NCBI GenBank assembly: GCA_963693365.1
Contig: CAVNZM010000012.1
Location: 4,764,409 to 4,828,408, forward strand
DNA length: 64,000 nt
Origin: Amoebidium appalachense
Taxonomy: Eukaryota > Protista > Ichthyosporea
Direction of reading: 5' to 3'
Made by a program: the position numbers and the translations under genes. Position 1 is the stretch's first letter. Each line of letters opens with the position of its first letter. Positions 10,306-20,651 of the stretch are shown here, piece by piece. The notes under the pieces are model-generated. The model had not been told where the DNA came from, did not search any database, and saw only the letters and a list, made by a program, of their open reading frames with translations.

Positions 10306-11829
10306 TTAGAAATAATTTTGCGTCCCCCATTCAAGGTCTGCATAGAAGGTGGGAGGGTGGGTGACTATGTTGGTGCGGGGAATGCTGGCCTTGTCCTTGT
10401 AGTCGTTAAACCGTGGGTACTTTGCCAACACCAGCACGTCAAAGTTTGTGTAGCCGGCAACGCTTGCATAGCTCTCTGTGTCGGTCTGGAAGAGCTTTGT
10501 CAGCCTTACCTTGAGCTTGAACCGAAAGTCATCCCCTGTGGGAACAAAGGCCCCCTCCAACATGCCGGAGCCTAGCGCAAACGGGTAGATGTTGTTTATG
10601 TCCCACGTGGACACGCACGACATGGGTAGGGAGCCCACGTGGGTGACATACTTGCGTACACCGTTGGTCCCTAGTGTCCAGAAGTAGACAATCACTATGA
10701 GTTCGGCCCCCGGCGATGATATACATTGGGGTTTAATGACTGGCTCGTATGTTGACCTGTATATGCTGATCGTGTCCTCCCATGCAGCCTTTCCGGCAAC
10801 GTTCCACCCCTGGGCGGCCGCGTGGTGTACTTTCACCGTCAGGTAGGCCGGGCCCGTGCGCCGGCTCCCATACGTGTCGCTGAGCAGCATGCCCTCGCCG
10901 GCCGGCGGCATACGGGGTTTGATGGCACCCATGTCTGTGGTCAGGGTAGCCACGGCCGTGTCGTGGAGACCGACGAGCGTGTTGAGCCGGTTGACGTCGA
11001 GGCCAAGTGTCGTGCTACTACTCTTCAGACTGGCAATGTCCGTGTTCTGTGTCGTGTTGACCGTCACTGCACCGTTGGCCGTGTTGAGGGCATTGGTGGC
11101 TTTCACCTCCACGGCCGTCAGCCGGGCGTCGAGGGACCCTGTGGTATTTTTGAGGCCGGCAATGTCGTTTGTCTGCGTGGTGTTGACCGTCACTGCACCG
11201 TTGGCCGTGTTGAGGGCATTGGTGGCTTTCACCTCCACGGCGGTCAGCCGGGTGTCGAGGGACCCTGTGGTATTTTTGAGCCCGGCAATGTCGTTTGTCT
11301 GGGCGGTGTTGACCGTCACTGCCCCGTTGGCCGTGTTGAGGGCACTCGTGGCTTTTGTCTCCGCAGCCATCAGCCGTGTGTCCAGACTTCTTGTGGTGGT
11401 TTTGAGGTCGGCAATGTCGTTTGTCTGGGCGGTGTTGATCGTCAGCGCACCGTTGGCCGTGTCGAGGGCACTCGTGGCTTTCGTCTCCACCGCCGTCAGC
11501 CGTGTGTCCAGGCCTCCCGTGGTGGTTTTGAGACTGGCAATGTCGGTGTCCTGGGTGGTGTTGACCCCCTCCACTGCCACCACCCTGGCCTCCAGGTTCT
11601 TGACCGTCATGTCCGTGGGCACGTCGGCGGCAGCCACAAACGAGAGCACGCCGTCTGCACCGCACGCCACGTACGAGTTGGTGGCCGGCCGGGTGGTGGG
11701 CAGCGTCAGCTCGTATGCGTCGTGGTCGTGGGCGGCGTTGTCGGGCAGGAGCCCCACGTAGTAGCCGTTTCTGCGCCGGTTGGCGAGGGCCAGCCCGGTG
11801 GCCACGGTCCAGTCGGTTGTGCTCGGCAT
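10306..11829 (-). CDS. Coiled-coil fibre protein (507 aa) with 42-aa repeats and C-terminal head domain
   Basis: N-terminal attachment-like module, heptad repeats (DIAGLKNTTGSLDTRLTAVE), beta-rich C-terminus. Confidence 0.8.
   Translation of the reverse strand: MPSTTDWTVATGLALANRRRNGYYVGLLPDNAAHDHDAYELTLPTTRPATNSYVACGADGVLSFVAAADVPTDMTVKNLEARVVAVEGVNTTQDTDIASLKTTTGGLDTRLTAVETKATSALDTANGALTINTAQTNDIADLKTTTRSLDTRLMAAETKATSALNTANGAVTVNTAQTNDIAGLKNTTGSLDTRLTAVEVKATNALNTANGAVTVNTTQTNDIAGLKNTTGSLDARLTAVEVKATNALNTANGAVTVNTTQNTDIASLKSSSTTLGLDVNRLNTLVGLHDTAVATLTTDMGAIKPRMPPAGEGMLLSDTYGSRRTGPAYLTVKVHHAAAQGWNVAGKAAWEDTISIYRSTYEPVIKPQCISSPGAELIVIVYFWTLGTNGVRKYVTHVGSLPMSCVSTWDINNIYPFALGSGMLEGAFVPTGDDFRFKLKVRLTKLFQTDTESYASVAGYTNFDVLVLAKYPRFNDYKDKASIPRTNIVTHPPTFYADLEWGTQNYF
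11032..11570. repeat. 126-bp coding tandem repeat, about 4.3 units
   Basis: ggcaatgtc recurs at 11032, 11158, 11284, 11410 and 11536, an exact 126-bp period. Confidence 0.95.
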
Positions 11830-11887
11830 GTTGCACGTTACTGTTACACGGCGATTTTTTGTACCTCATTACGTAACAACCACCACC

Positions 11888-12973
11888 ATGGACCACGCAC
11901 CCACACACCTGGTTGTCATGCAGCACGTCGGTGACTTTGTGCAGGGCCAGCAGGAGCCTGCACCTGTGCAGATGAAGGCCATGCTCTCACCGCCCATCGG
12001 GTTCATGCAGAACACGTCGTTGGGTGCCCGTTGGGTGAGCACCATGACGTCGGCCAACACCTTCTACTACCCCTTCCCTCGTGACAAGTGCTACGTCAAC
12101 ATTGCACTACGGCCGGTCGAACCCGGCTCCCCGGGCGGGTGGGGGCCCAGCATGGAGCACAGACGCATACCCCTGGAGCCCCTCCCTGCGGACGTGCCGG
12201 AATCGTCGTTGTCGACCTTCAAGCAGATACCCCTGTACGAGTTTGGGGTGGACCCTAGGGGGGAGTACATCGGCCGTGGGTCCAGAAAACTGTGCGCGGA
12301 TGACTCTGAGGCGTATGAACTAGACGACGAGAACATTGTGGGCACGCTCGTGGCTGCCTGGTTGAACTACGCCTTGAAGGAAGTCTACCACCCGAATCTA
12401 CCCGACGCCATCAAGGACGAGATTGTGAACGACGTGGACACGTTGGGGGTGGGGTGTCACCAAGTAGCCAGCCGCATCACGCTGTTCAATGCGAACGAGT
12501 TTTACCGGGTGGTCATGTGGTTCGACAGCCCGGTCATGGCTGCAGCGGCCGGCATGCCCCTCGACGGCCAGCTGGCCGCCTCTAGGGCAGAGGGAGAGGT
12601 CATGGCCCCCAACATACCGGCATTCCCCAGCCACTTTTTCCTTGAGCTGCACGGGGTGAATTCGGAGTCGTCGGTGAGCGTGGCCAACGCCGACGTCAAG
12701 TTCCAGTCGTCCTATCCGAGCAAGGACATTCTGGCCGTCATACCCACCTTCCCACAGTACGCCCTCCCCCTCTTTGACAACGGGGCCGTCGTCGAGCTGC
12801 CTCTGGACGTCAGCACGCACATCAACTCGCTCAGCATCAAGCTGGTCAGCTGCTACGGGGACGTGGTGGGGCTGAGGGGGGACATGACGGTTTTATTGTG
12901 CCTCCGGCGAATCCCGAGCCCCACGGGGGTCACGGCGATCCGGCCCATGGCCAAACCCCAACGGTTCGGCTAG
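11888..12973 (+). CDS. Minor capsid (penton, single jelly-roll) protein
   Basis: C-terminal DILAVIP...HINSLSIKLVSCYGDVVGLRGDMTVLLCLRR pattern typical of Polinton/PLV pentons; accaccATG start. Confidence 0.75.
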   Translation: MDHAPTHLVVMQHVGDFVQGQQEPAPVQMKAMLSPPIGFMQNTSLGARWVSTMTSANTFYYPFPRDKCYVNIALRPVEPGSPGGWGPSMEHRRIPLEPLPADVPESSLSTFKQIPLYEFGVDPRGEYIGRGSRKLCADDSEAYELDDENIVGTLVAAWLNYALKEVYHPNLPDAIKDEIVNDVDTLGVGCHQVASRITLFNANEFYRVVMWFDSPVMAAAAGMPLDGQLAASRAEGEVMAPNIPAFPSHFFLELHGVNSESSVSVANADVKFQSSYPSKDILAVIPTFPQYALPLFDNGAVVELPLDVSTHINSLSIKLVSCYGDVVGLRGDMTVLLCLRRIPSPTGVTAIRPMAKPQRFG

Positions 12974-13029
12974 CGTCACGGTGGCTATATTTTGACATAC
13001 AACGGTTAACGGGAGCCTTACAAACAAAC

Positions 13030-13275
13030 ATGGATTTTCGAGGGGTGGGGCACGTCAACGACTCCGAGTACTGGCGGCCGGCACTGCCGGACCGCACGGC
13101 CACACCACGCAGCCACACCGTCATCGTCCACCCCAACGAGGCCTGGGACAGGTTCCGGACGGTCATGGACATTGGTCGTGCCGCCCAGGGCATTGCCTAC
13201 GCCGGCAGCAACATCAACTACCTGCAGAGGTCTTTCCGGGCCGGTCGGTCGGGCGGTGGCCGGTCCTATTTTTAG
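13030..13275 (+). CDS. Small viral protein (81 aa)
   Basis: aacATG start directly downstream of the penton gene; viral-like codon use. Confidence 0.55.
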   Translation: MDFRGVGHVNDSEYWRPALPDRTATPRSHTVIVHPNEAWDRFRTVMDIGRAAQGIAYAGSNINYLQRSFRAGRSGGGRSYF

Positions 13276-13562
13276 ATGTTGGTCTCCCCCTCCTGCTTCT
13301 GTATGTGGGCCAGCATGCGGGCGTCGAGCTCGGCCTCGTATTCCAGCACCTTCCTCAGCTCCTCCTGCCGGTCGACCGGCACCCTCTTCTTCAACCTCAG
13401 GAATTTTTTTTCGATTTTGTTTTCGGGCTTCTTCCCGGCCTTGTCGGCCGGGTCGAACTGTTTGTCCGTGCCGTGTCGTATGTAGAACTCGAGGTAGTCG
13501 TCGAACGTAAACGGCGACGAGTACGCCGACGGCAGGTTCTTCGTGCTCCTAGGGGTAGCCAT
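13272..13562 (-). CDS. Small charged helical viral protein (96 aa)
   Basis: gccATG start with AAAAAT...CTAGTAGC upstream; stop overlaps the convergent gene. Confidence 0.65.
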   Translation of the reverse strand: MATPRSTKNLPSAYSSPFTFDDYLEFYIRHGTDKQFDPADKAGKKPENKIEKKFLRLKKRVPVDRQEELRKVLEYEAELDARMLAHIQKQEGETNI

Positions 13563-13618
13563 GGCCGTGCACCGGTAGCTTGCTACTAGTGGGGGCACAC
13601 GAATTTTTCCTTCCTACG

Positions 13619-14227
13619 TCACCACGAAATGAGGCTGGCGATGTGGTCGCTGTAGCTGCGCTGGGGAGGGGGTGCTGCTGCTGCAGGAGGGTGGTACGGG
13701 CCGTAGCCCATGCCCGTGTGGGGGGCACTGTGGCGTGTCTGTGGAGGTGCGTACCCGCCCGGTGCACCCATGGGGTGTGGTACCGGCGGGGGCATGTAGT
13801 ACTGGTAGTAGGGGTTGCCGTGCGGGTCCGAGTCGTCATAGCCGCCATCGCTGTCCCCTTCCTCGAACGTCACCCTCGCCATGGGCTTCCGTGGTGCCTT
13901 CTTCTGCCTTGGCCGGGGTGCTTTTGGGGGTTGTGCCGGTGCTTCTGCTTTTGCCGGCGGGGGGCCGGGCGGGCGGGTCTCCAGCACCTGCAGCTTCTGC
14001 TCGAGTTCACGGATGTAGTCCTTGTTTCGCCGCATGCCTTCCACCCTGGTGCTCCGGCCCTTCTCCAGGGCCTCCAGCTGCCGGGCCGTGGGCTGCCGTC
14101 TCGCCTTGGCCACGTGGCCGGCGTCCAACACCATGGGCTCCACACCCATGCCGGTGGCGCCGTTGGACACGGGTTGGTGGACTTCGCCGTCAGACACGCG
14201 CTCGATTTGGTTGTCTTCGGCCGACAT
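13619..14227 (-). CDS. Viral hypothetical protein (202 aa), coiled coil plus Pro-rich region
   Basis: accATG start with AAAAAAAT...GTAAC upstream; RQLEALEKGR helix. Confidence 0.7.
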   Translation of the reverse strand: MSAEDNQIERVSDGEVHQPVSNGATGMGVEPMVLDAGHVAKARRQPTARQLEALEKGRSTRVEGMRRNKDYIRELEQKLQVLETRPPGPPPAKAEAPAQPPKAPRPRQKKAPRKPMARVTFEEGDSDGGYDDSDPHGNPYYQYYMPPPVPHPMGAPGGYAPPQTRHSAPHTGMGYGPYHPPAAAAPPPQRSYSDHIASLISW

Positions 14228-14320
14228 GGTTGGTTACCAGTACGCACACATTTTTTTACCGACGTTGGACGGTGCCAACGTCCAAAAAATGTGCGCCGTA
14301 TTACAGACACGGCAACCGAC

Positions 14321-14557
14321 ATGGCCAACCCGACAACCAAGGCGGCATCTGACACGGACGCCGAACCATGGCAGCACGCGTGCGACTACTGTGGGCACTG
14401 GTTCAAGTGCGCCACCCAGGAGGAGGGGCCAGGCTACGACTTTGACTGTGGGTGCGTCATGACGTGGCTGGGTGACGAGCCCATGTACCTCTGCAGCTTC
14501 AAGTGCCTGGACGACTTCACGGTCTACAACGTGCAAATGGACGGCTGCAGGCACTAA
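14321..14557 (+). CDS. Small Cys-rich zinc-finger-like protein (78 aa)
   Basis: CDYC...C...CGC...LCSFKC; AAAAAATGTG upstream; ends 4 bp before the ATPase start. Confidence 0.6.
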   Translation: MANPTTKAASDTDAEPWQHACDYCGHWFKCATQEEGPGYDFDCGCVMTWLGDEPMYLCSFKCLDDFTVYNVQMDGCRH

Positions 14558-14561
14558 TTTT

Positions 14562-15365
14562 ATGGGCCTGTTGGGTGAGAGTGACACCATCATGCACCCG
14601 CCCCCGCCCATTGCCGTCAAGCCCCTGCCCACACCCCTCTCGGTGGAGCACATACCAATGACGTGCGACACCAAGCTGAGGGTGCCCTACCCGTTGATGG
14701 ACAACGTGTTCTTCTTCCTGCTCATTGGCCAGCCCGGGTCCGGCAAGTCCAACCTGCTCGTCAACTTGATTGCCCGGGAGGGTCAGTTCTACAATAAACT
14801 GTTTGACCGCGTGTACATTTTCAGCCCGAGCATGCACACCCTGGGCACGGCCCTGAAAATCCCCAAGGCCCGCCTGCACCAGGACGTGTCGTTCCTCCCC
14901 GAGATTCTCAAGCTGTCGCTTCAGCACAAGAAGGTTAACCCCAACTACCGCATGCTGCTGGTGTTTGACGACATGTCCCACATTTTTCGCAAGTCGGGCA
15001 ACCTGCGCGAGTTTGTGCGCATGGCGCAGAACAGCCGACACATTGGTGTGTCGGTGATGATGGTCGGGCAGAAGCTCAACAAGATACCCCTCGAGCTGCG
15101 CAGCCAGGCTGACGCCTTGGCCTACTTCAAGAACACCAACAACACCGAGCTCAAGGTGTTGCGGGACGAGTTCCTACCTGCCCTCGAGACCCCCCAATTT
15201 TTCGAATTGATGGACACGGTCTACCGGGGCAAGCACGACTTCCTCTTTATCCGCTTGAACGAGGGGCGGATGTTTCGAAATTTCGAACAGGAGGTGGTGC
15301 TGGGGTCCCCGGGGTCCGACGGTGGCGGCGACAGTGGCGGCGAAAAAAATGTACGGCATAGGTAA
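14562..15365 (+). CDS. A32/FtsK-HerA family genome packaging ATPase
   Basis: Walker A GQPGSGKS, Walker B LLVFDD, and SRHIGVSVMMVGQ motif. Confidence 0.95.
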   Translation: MGLLGESDTIMHPPPPIAVKPLPTPLSVEHIPMTCDTKLRVPYPLMDNVFFFLLIGQPGSGKSNLLVNLIAREGQFYNKLFDRVYIFSPSMHTLGTALKIPKARLHQDVSFLPEILKLSLQHKKVNPNYRMLLVFDDMSHIFRKSGNLREFVRMAQNSRHIGVSVMMVGQKLNKIPLELRSQADALAYFKNTNNTELKVLRDEFLPALETPQFFELMDTVYRGKHDFLFIRLNEGRMFRNFEQEVVLGSPGSDGGGDSGGEKNVRHR

Positions 15366-15378
15366 ACACACCACCAAC

Positions 15379-17118
15379 ATGGCAGCCCCCTACGACGCCT
15401 CCGTGCCCCTCAACATGGCCTACCACAAGCTGACGGACGCCGGCACGTACTCGCCCGTGGAGCTCAGCCACATCAACCGCCGGTCGACGGTCAAGACCTA
15501 CCCGGTGACCGGCTCGACGTACAGCTCAAAGGGGCAGCGCGTGATTCGGTTCTCCCTGCCGGCCGTGTGCTTCCTGGACTGTCTCAACTCCTACATGACG
15601 TTCCAGTTCAAGGCCAACGTGCCCAACGCCCCCGAGTACGTGGGCGTGAAGGTGGAGAGGCTGCGCAGGTTCCCCCTCCCCGGTCAGCTGGCCCACCCCC
15701 TCGAGATCGACACCACCATAAGGGACTACGAGGGCACCACCGTGCCCCAGAGCGAGACGTTGGCCAACAACACCCTCAACAACAACGCGGCGGCAACCGA
15801 CATTTTCCCCCTCAAGGTCCGCAACCTGGAGGGGATGGCCATGATGGGGGGCCACCTCTGCTCCTCGGCCGCACCGTTTGAACGGGCCCGTGTGTCCATC
15901 AACGGCACCACCGTCGAGGACATTTCAGGCTACAACCACCTGATGATCAACCTGGAACGGTTCCTGTCGTCGGCCGACTACGGCAACAGCCCCGCCGGCC
16001 GCATGCACGGGACGTACAGCCCGCAGGACGCCGACTGGGAGTATGCGGACAAGTGGAACACCACCACGGCCGCCCAGTACTCGTCCTTCAACCCCGACCC
16101 CCTCAAAAAGCTCTTTGGCATTGAGAAGGCGAGGGGGACGGACCCGTTGCCCGACGAGGCCCTGTTTGCCCCCGATGTCGACAAGCTGCCGGGCAAGGAC
16201 GGCATTCCTGCCGACCGCTTCCTCGACTACACCGCCCGCGCTGCCAAGTGGCCTCCCCACCAGGCCAACATCCAGGCCCAAATCGACGCCACCGACGGGT
16301 TCACCTACATTCACCAGCTCAAGCTCGGCCTCATGCGGTCCGGCCGGTACCTCCCGCTGTCGTACATGGGGGAGGTGCAGATCGAGTTGTCGTTGGGTGA
16401 GGCAAACCAAGTGTTGTACGTGCCCACCGAGAACGAGAATTGGCTCAAGGACGTCGCCTACGAGATCATCAACCCCGTCCTCCACTGCGAAATCATCGAG
16501 TGGAACGCCGTCTACACGGCCGGCTTCGAAAAGGCCTTGATGGAGAAGAACGTGTACATTCCCTACAGCACGTTCACCCACTTCCAGAGCTACGTCAAGG
16601 GGGGCAGCCCTGCCGACCTGCACATTTCGTTCCGGGGGAGAAACGTCAAGTCCCTGCTCTCCCTCGTTCATAACGGCAACACGTGGGCCCAGGCCGGCTA
16701 CGAGTCGTTTAGGTCGGAACGCAGCAACATAACGAGCTACCAGATCAAGATAGGCCCCTACCAGAAGCCCCTCGACGAAATTCGTGTGTCGAAGAACAAC
16801 TGCGCCGAGGCATGGGCCGAGCTGGCTAAGGCCCTCTACTTCTTGGGTGACGTCACGGCCGATTGCATGTACAACTCCACGTCCTGGCCCGACAAGCAGT
16901 TCATGATCGCCCTGGACCTCGAGTGGGACCGTGACCTGTACTCTGGGCTCGACACCAGCTCCGACGCCACCCCCATTCTGCTGCACCTGAACACGGAAAA
17001 GTTCTCCGCCGGGGTCGGGGAACCCACGGTTCAGGACGACCTGACCCTCGACACCTTCGTGCACCACGAGAACGTGCTGGTGCTGTCCGGTGCCCGTGAG
17101 GTGACGGTGGAGGCTTAA
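15379..17118 (+). CDS. Double jelly-roll major capsid protein, PLV-like (579 aa)
   Basis: Follows the ATPase; IRFSLP...FLDCLNSYMTF, FERARVSINGTTVEDISGYN, FMIALDLE...SGLDT and DTFVHHENVL match PLV MCP patterns. Confidence 0.85.
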   Translation: MAAPYDASVPLNMAYHKLTDAGTYSPVELSHINRRSTVKTYPVTGSTYSSKGQRVIRFSLPAVCFLDCLNSYMTFQFKANVPNAPEYVGVKVERLRRFPLPGQLAHPLEIDTTIRDYEGTTVPQSETLANNTLNNNAAATDIFPLKVRNLEGMAMMGGHLCSSAAPFERARVSINGTTVEDISGYNHLMINLERFLSSADYGNSPAGRMHGTYSPQDADWEYADKWNTTTAAQYSSFNPDPLKKLFGIEKARGTDPLPDEALFAPDVDKLPGKDGIPADRFLDYTARAAKWPPHQANIQAQIDATDGFTYIHQLKLGLMRSGRYLPLSYMGEVQIELSLGEANQVLYVPTENENWLKDVAYEIINPVLHCEIIEWNAVYTAGFEKALMEKNVYIPYSTFTHFQSYVKGGSPADLHISFRGRNVKSLLSLVHNGNTWAQAGYESFRSERSNITSYQIKIGPYQKPLDEIRVSKNNCAEAWAELAKALYFLGDVTADCMYNSTSWPDKQFMIALDLEWDRDLYSGLDTSSDATPILLHLNTEKFSAGVGEPTVQDDLTLDTFVHHENVLVLSGAREVTVEA

Positions 17119-17157
17119 TAACTCAAGGGTGCAAATTGTGTGGGCCACCCAGCAAGT

Positions 17158-17535
17158 ATGAACGCGGCCATGGCCAACGTCAACGGTATTCCACTGGCGC
17201 CCACACCCACGCAGGCGGCCGTGTACGGCTACAAGCTGGCACCCGAGGCCGAGTACGAGGCTGCCTACGCGGCCCCCTACCGGGCACGGCACACGGACGC
17301 CACCTTCCAGGCCGGCGTGTACGGTGTGCCCTTCAGCCGGCTGCCGACCTTCAACAACCTGCCCACCGACAACCACGTGCCCTCCATGCCCGGCAGGAGC
17401 GGTCTGGGCAGCAGGGGGCTCCCCCTCAACAGCAAGTCCTACTATGTCGACTTTACGCCCGTGAGGGTGGGGCACAGCAGTGACCCCCAGGGCAGCTTTG
17501 CCCGGCAACCCATGGCGCAGTACGCTGCGAAATAA
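17158..17535 (+). CDS. Small viral protein (125 aa), possible core protein
   Basis: Directly downstream of MCP, same strand and codon bias. Confidence 0.65.
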   Translation: MNAAMANVNGIPLAPTPTQAAVYGYKLAPEAEYEAAYAAPYRARHTDATFQAGVYGVPFSRLPTFNNLPTDNHVPSMPGRSGLGSRGLPLNSKSYYVDFTPVRVGHSSDPQGSFARQPMAQYAAK

Positions 17536-17568
17536 TAAACACCAGTTTACAACAACACCGTGTCCACC

Positions 17569-20359
17569 ATGTCTCCCAACGTGCAGCAGCCTCATGGGCA
17601 CGCTGATGACTTGGACTCTGAGACGAGTAGGGTTTGGCCCCTGGGCAGGTACACTGTCAAGTACCAGTACCCGGAAGACGTGCATTCAGGCAAGTGGCGG
17701 GAGACCACCGTTGGGTACTTTGGGACTCCCAAACTTTCACTACTCCGACATAGCTACAAGGCGTTGGTCAGGGGTGGGGTTGAGGCATTTTTCAAGAAGG
17801 CCCACACATATCTGGACCCCAACCAGCCACTGGAGCGGTGGGGTGGTCGGTTGCCGGAGGTGGTGAAGGTAGACGTAGCCTACCACCCTGGCTATGAGCA
17901 CTTTGAGGACAAGTACGGTAGCACGTACGTGTGGAACAGACCTAAGGCACCTCCGCCCCCCTTGCCCGACGTGGCCCCCCTGCCGACCCCACCCCTCCCC
18001 CCACCTGTCCCGGCCACACCCCCGGGCCGGGCTCCGGCCATACCGTACCCCCCACCTCCCAAGCCACCTCCACCGCCCAAAACCCCTGCCCCAAACGCAC
18101 CACGCCGCCGGCCCCATAACGAGCCCGCACCCTCCTTCGGGCCCCTGGCGCCCCATGTGGCCGGCCCCACCATGCCCACCCCGCCAGAGTCCCTGAAATG
18201 GGAGGTGCCTCCCCCGCCCCGTGTCCCTGTGGCCTTCCCCCCAGAGCTTGACCCACAGACCCCCACGGCACCCCACCTGCCGGCCAAGCCCATCTGTCCA
18301 CCCATACCCTTTCCCCCCTCGACGGGCCGGCCCCTCCCGACGTCCAAGCCAGACCGGTCGAGGCTGCTGCCCGGCAAAGGGAAAGGCACCGGTCTGCCGG
18401 TGACACGGACCAGCACAACCCGTCCTGGGTCACTGCCCGGGCCGGTGGCCGTGGCAAGCCAGCACATCGACGTTGTGGAGCCTGCGGTAGCCCACGGACC
18501 CACCGTAGCCCCGGTACAACCTCTACACACGCCTCCCGATGACGACGACGACGACGATGAGCCAACGCCCAGTGCCTGGCCACGTCCACGGCCGGTTACC
18601 CTGGCCGGCAACGACCCCAACCGCCCCTCCCCACTCCATGTGGGGGTCTTGGCACCCCATATGACCGGTCCCACCATGCCCACCCCGCCAGAGTCCTTGT
18701 ATTGGAAGGCACCCAAAGAACCGGCCACCCCCGTGCCCTTCCCCCCGGAGCTCAACCCACAGACCCCCATGGCCCCCCACCTGCCGGCCAAGCCGGACGG
18801 ATCACCCATACCCTTCCCGCCGCCGACGGTTCAACCCCCGCCACAGTCGCCCGCCAAAGGGAACGGTACCGGCCTGCCCATGGGTCGTAACGGGCCACGG
18901 CGGAGGCCGACTGCCCCGGCCATACCCTTCCCCCCACCACTACAACCGGCACCAACGCCATACCCCCAGTCTCCTGCCTACCGTGGACCCGACCCGCCGG
19001 CCATGATACCCCCACGGCCGCCAAAGTCTGGCGGGTGGCCGTTGCAAATTTGGGCCGAAGCCTTCCCCCTCGTGCCTGCGCCCCCAACGCCCGAGTCCCA
19101 GGCCCACCCCACAGTCACACCTACACCGACACCCACCAACGAGCTGGATGTCTGGAAAATGAAACTACCCTTGTCCAACGTCACGCTCTTGGACGTCGCA
19201 AACGCTCTGGCACCAGCCAATTACGAGTTCCAGGAGCCCATGTGGGACTTTGAGAAAGAGTTGTTGGACAAACACCCCGAGTATTATCAAGCTCTGCAGG
19301 GTTTCGCCCCGTACCAAGCCATCAAATTCGTAGCTTGGGGACTCAAGAAGGAAGAGCCCAAGGCCTCGAGGCAGGCCCTGTATGAGTACCGTGTGCGAGG
19401 GGGGAAGCTTTCGACCCTGCCCCTCGGTATTGACGGCCCCACCACCACCACGCCCACCCCCAGCCCCAGCCCCAGCCCCAGCCCCACCCCAGCAGCCATC
19501 GGCTATGACGGTGACGTGACGACGTACCCAAGCACCAAGAGGGCGGTCTCGCAAACAGGGGGTGCTGCCGCCGTGTGGAGACCCCCCCACGTCCCCCGCC
19601 CGACCCGACGAGGAGGGGGTGCTGAGTCCCATTTGGCAGGGGGTTGCGGGAACACCTTGACATGCTCGGGCGGGAGAGCCCGGAGGAGTTCACAAGGCGG
19701 GTGAGGGAGGACCAGACGGGGTGGGACCACCCTGCCGTGGCCTCCTACGTGAGGGGGGTGTTCATGGGGGCAGCACGCCAGCTTCTGGGCAACGTGGTAA
19801 GGGGCCACCATGGTGACGGTGGCCAGCCGGCTATTGCTGACGGCGGTGTTGGTGGCGGTGGCCCGAACCTGCAAGAGACCGTGTTGGGGAACCGTGACAC
19901 CCTCGGAGAACTCCAGAAGGTAGCAAAGGGGGTAGCTCTGCACATGCTGAAGGTTGCTACCAAAGGTCACACAACACTGGCGTACCACGCCTACCGTACA
20001 CGCCAACAGCCACGGCTACTGCTCACCCCGCCCCCACAGGCACCCCCACGTGGCCACATGGTCCGAGCTTCCCCGTGCCCACCCCCACCGGTGCCCCTTC
20101 ACCCACAGCCACCCCTGGGCTGGCAGCGGCCGTGCACCATCATGCCAACTACGGGAGGGGGGACATGCCCATGCACCCACACCACCCGCACGTGCGTGCA
20201 CACGTGCACAGGCCAGGGGTTGTGCCGGCCAGCCATGCCGCCGGGTATGTCGAGGGTGGCCCGGTCCCTAAGTCTGCCCGTGGGGTGTACCGCACCAAGA
20301 CAGCCAGCAAGGAGAAGAAGAAGAACACGGCCAAGAGGAAGAAGGGTGCCGGCAAATAA
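17569..20359 (+). CDS. Large Pro-rich viral protein (~930 aa) with at least two apparent frameshifts (~19600 and ~20030)
   Basis: ORFs 17560-19704, 19644-20372 and 20075-20359 appear to be consecutive parts; ends in Lys-rich KEKKKNTAKRKKGAGK; internal ~60-aa duplication. Confidence 0.6.
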
Positions 20360-20390
20360 TCTACGTCATTAGGCAGCAGCGGCGGCAGAC

Positions 20391-20612
20391 ATGGCACACA
20401 GCACCGAGCACATGCGCATGCACGCTTTGCCCCACACGCTGGCACCCCTCCCCGTACCCCTACCCTACCGCGCCCGACCCGCACCACAGACCCGCCCGTT
20501 CTACGGCCCGGGCAACGTCGTCGAGGGGCCAGGGGGGACCATGAGGCCCAGACCCCCCACCTACACACCGTGGCCCGTGGCCGCCGACCAGAGCTCCTTC
20601 CAAAACTTTTAA
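20391..20612 (+). CDS. Small Pro/Arg-rich viral protein (73 aa)
   Basis: ATG ORF filling the gap in a co-oriented gene run. Confidence 0.5.
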   Translation: MAHSTEHMRMHALPHTLAPLPVPLPYRARPAPQTRPFYGPGNVVEGPGGTMRPRPPTYTPWPVAADQSSFQNF

Positions 20613-20651
20613 ATATTGTGTGTGCTAGTGTAAACAGCCTGCAGCACCATC

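Noticed and set aside
15925-17685. Long antisense ORFs (586 aa here; also 10822-11934, 22470-23711, 10-621)
   Set aside because: Shadow frames caused by GC3-biased codon use on the coding strand; no motifs.
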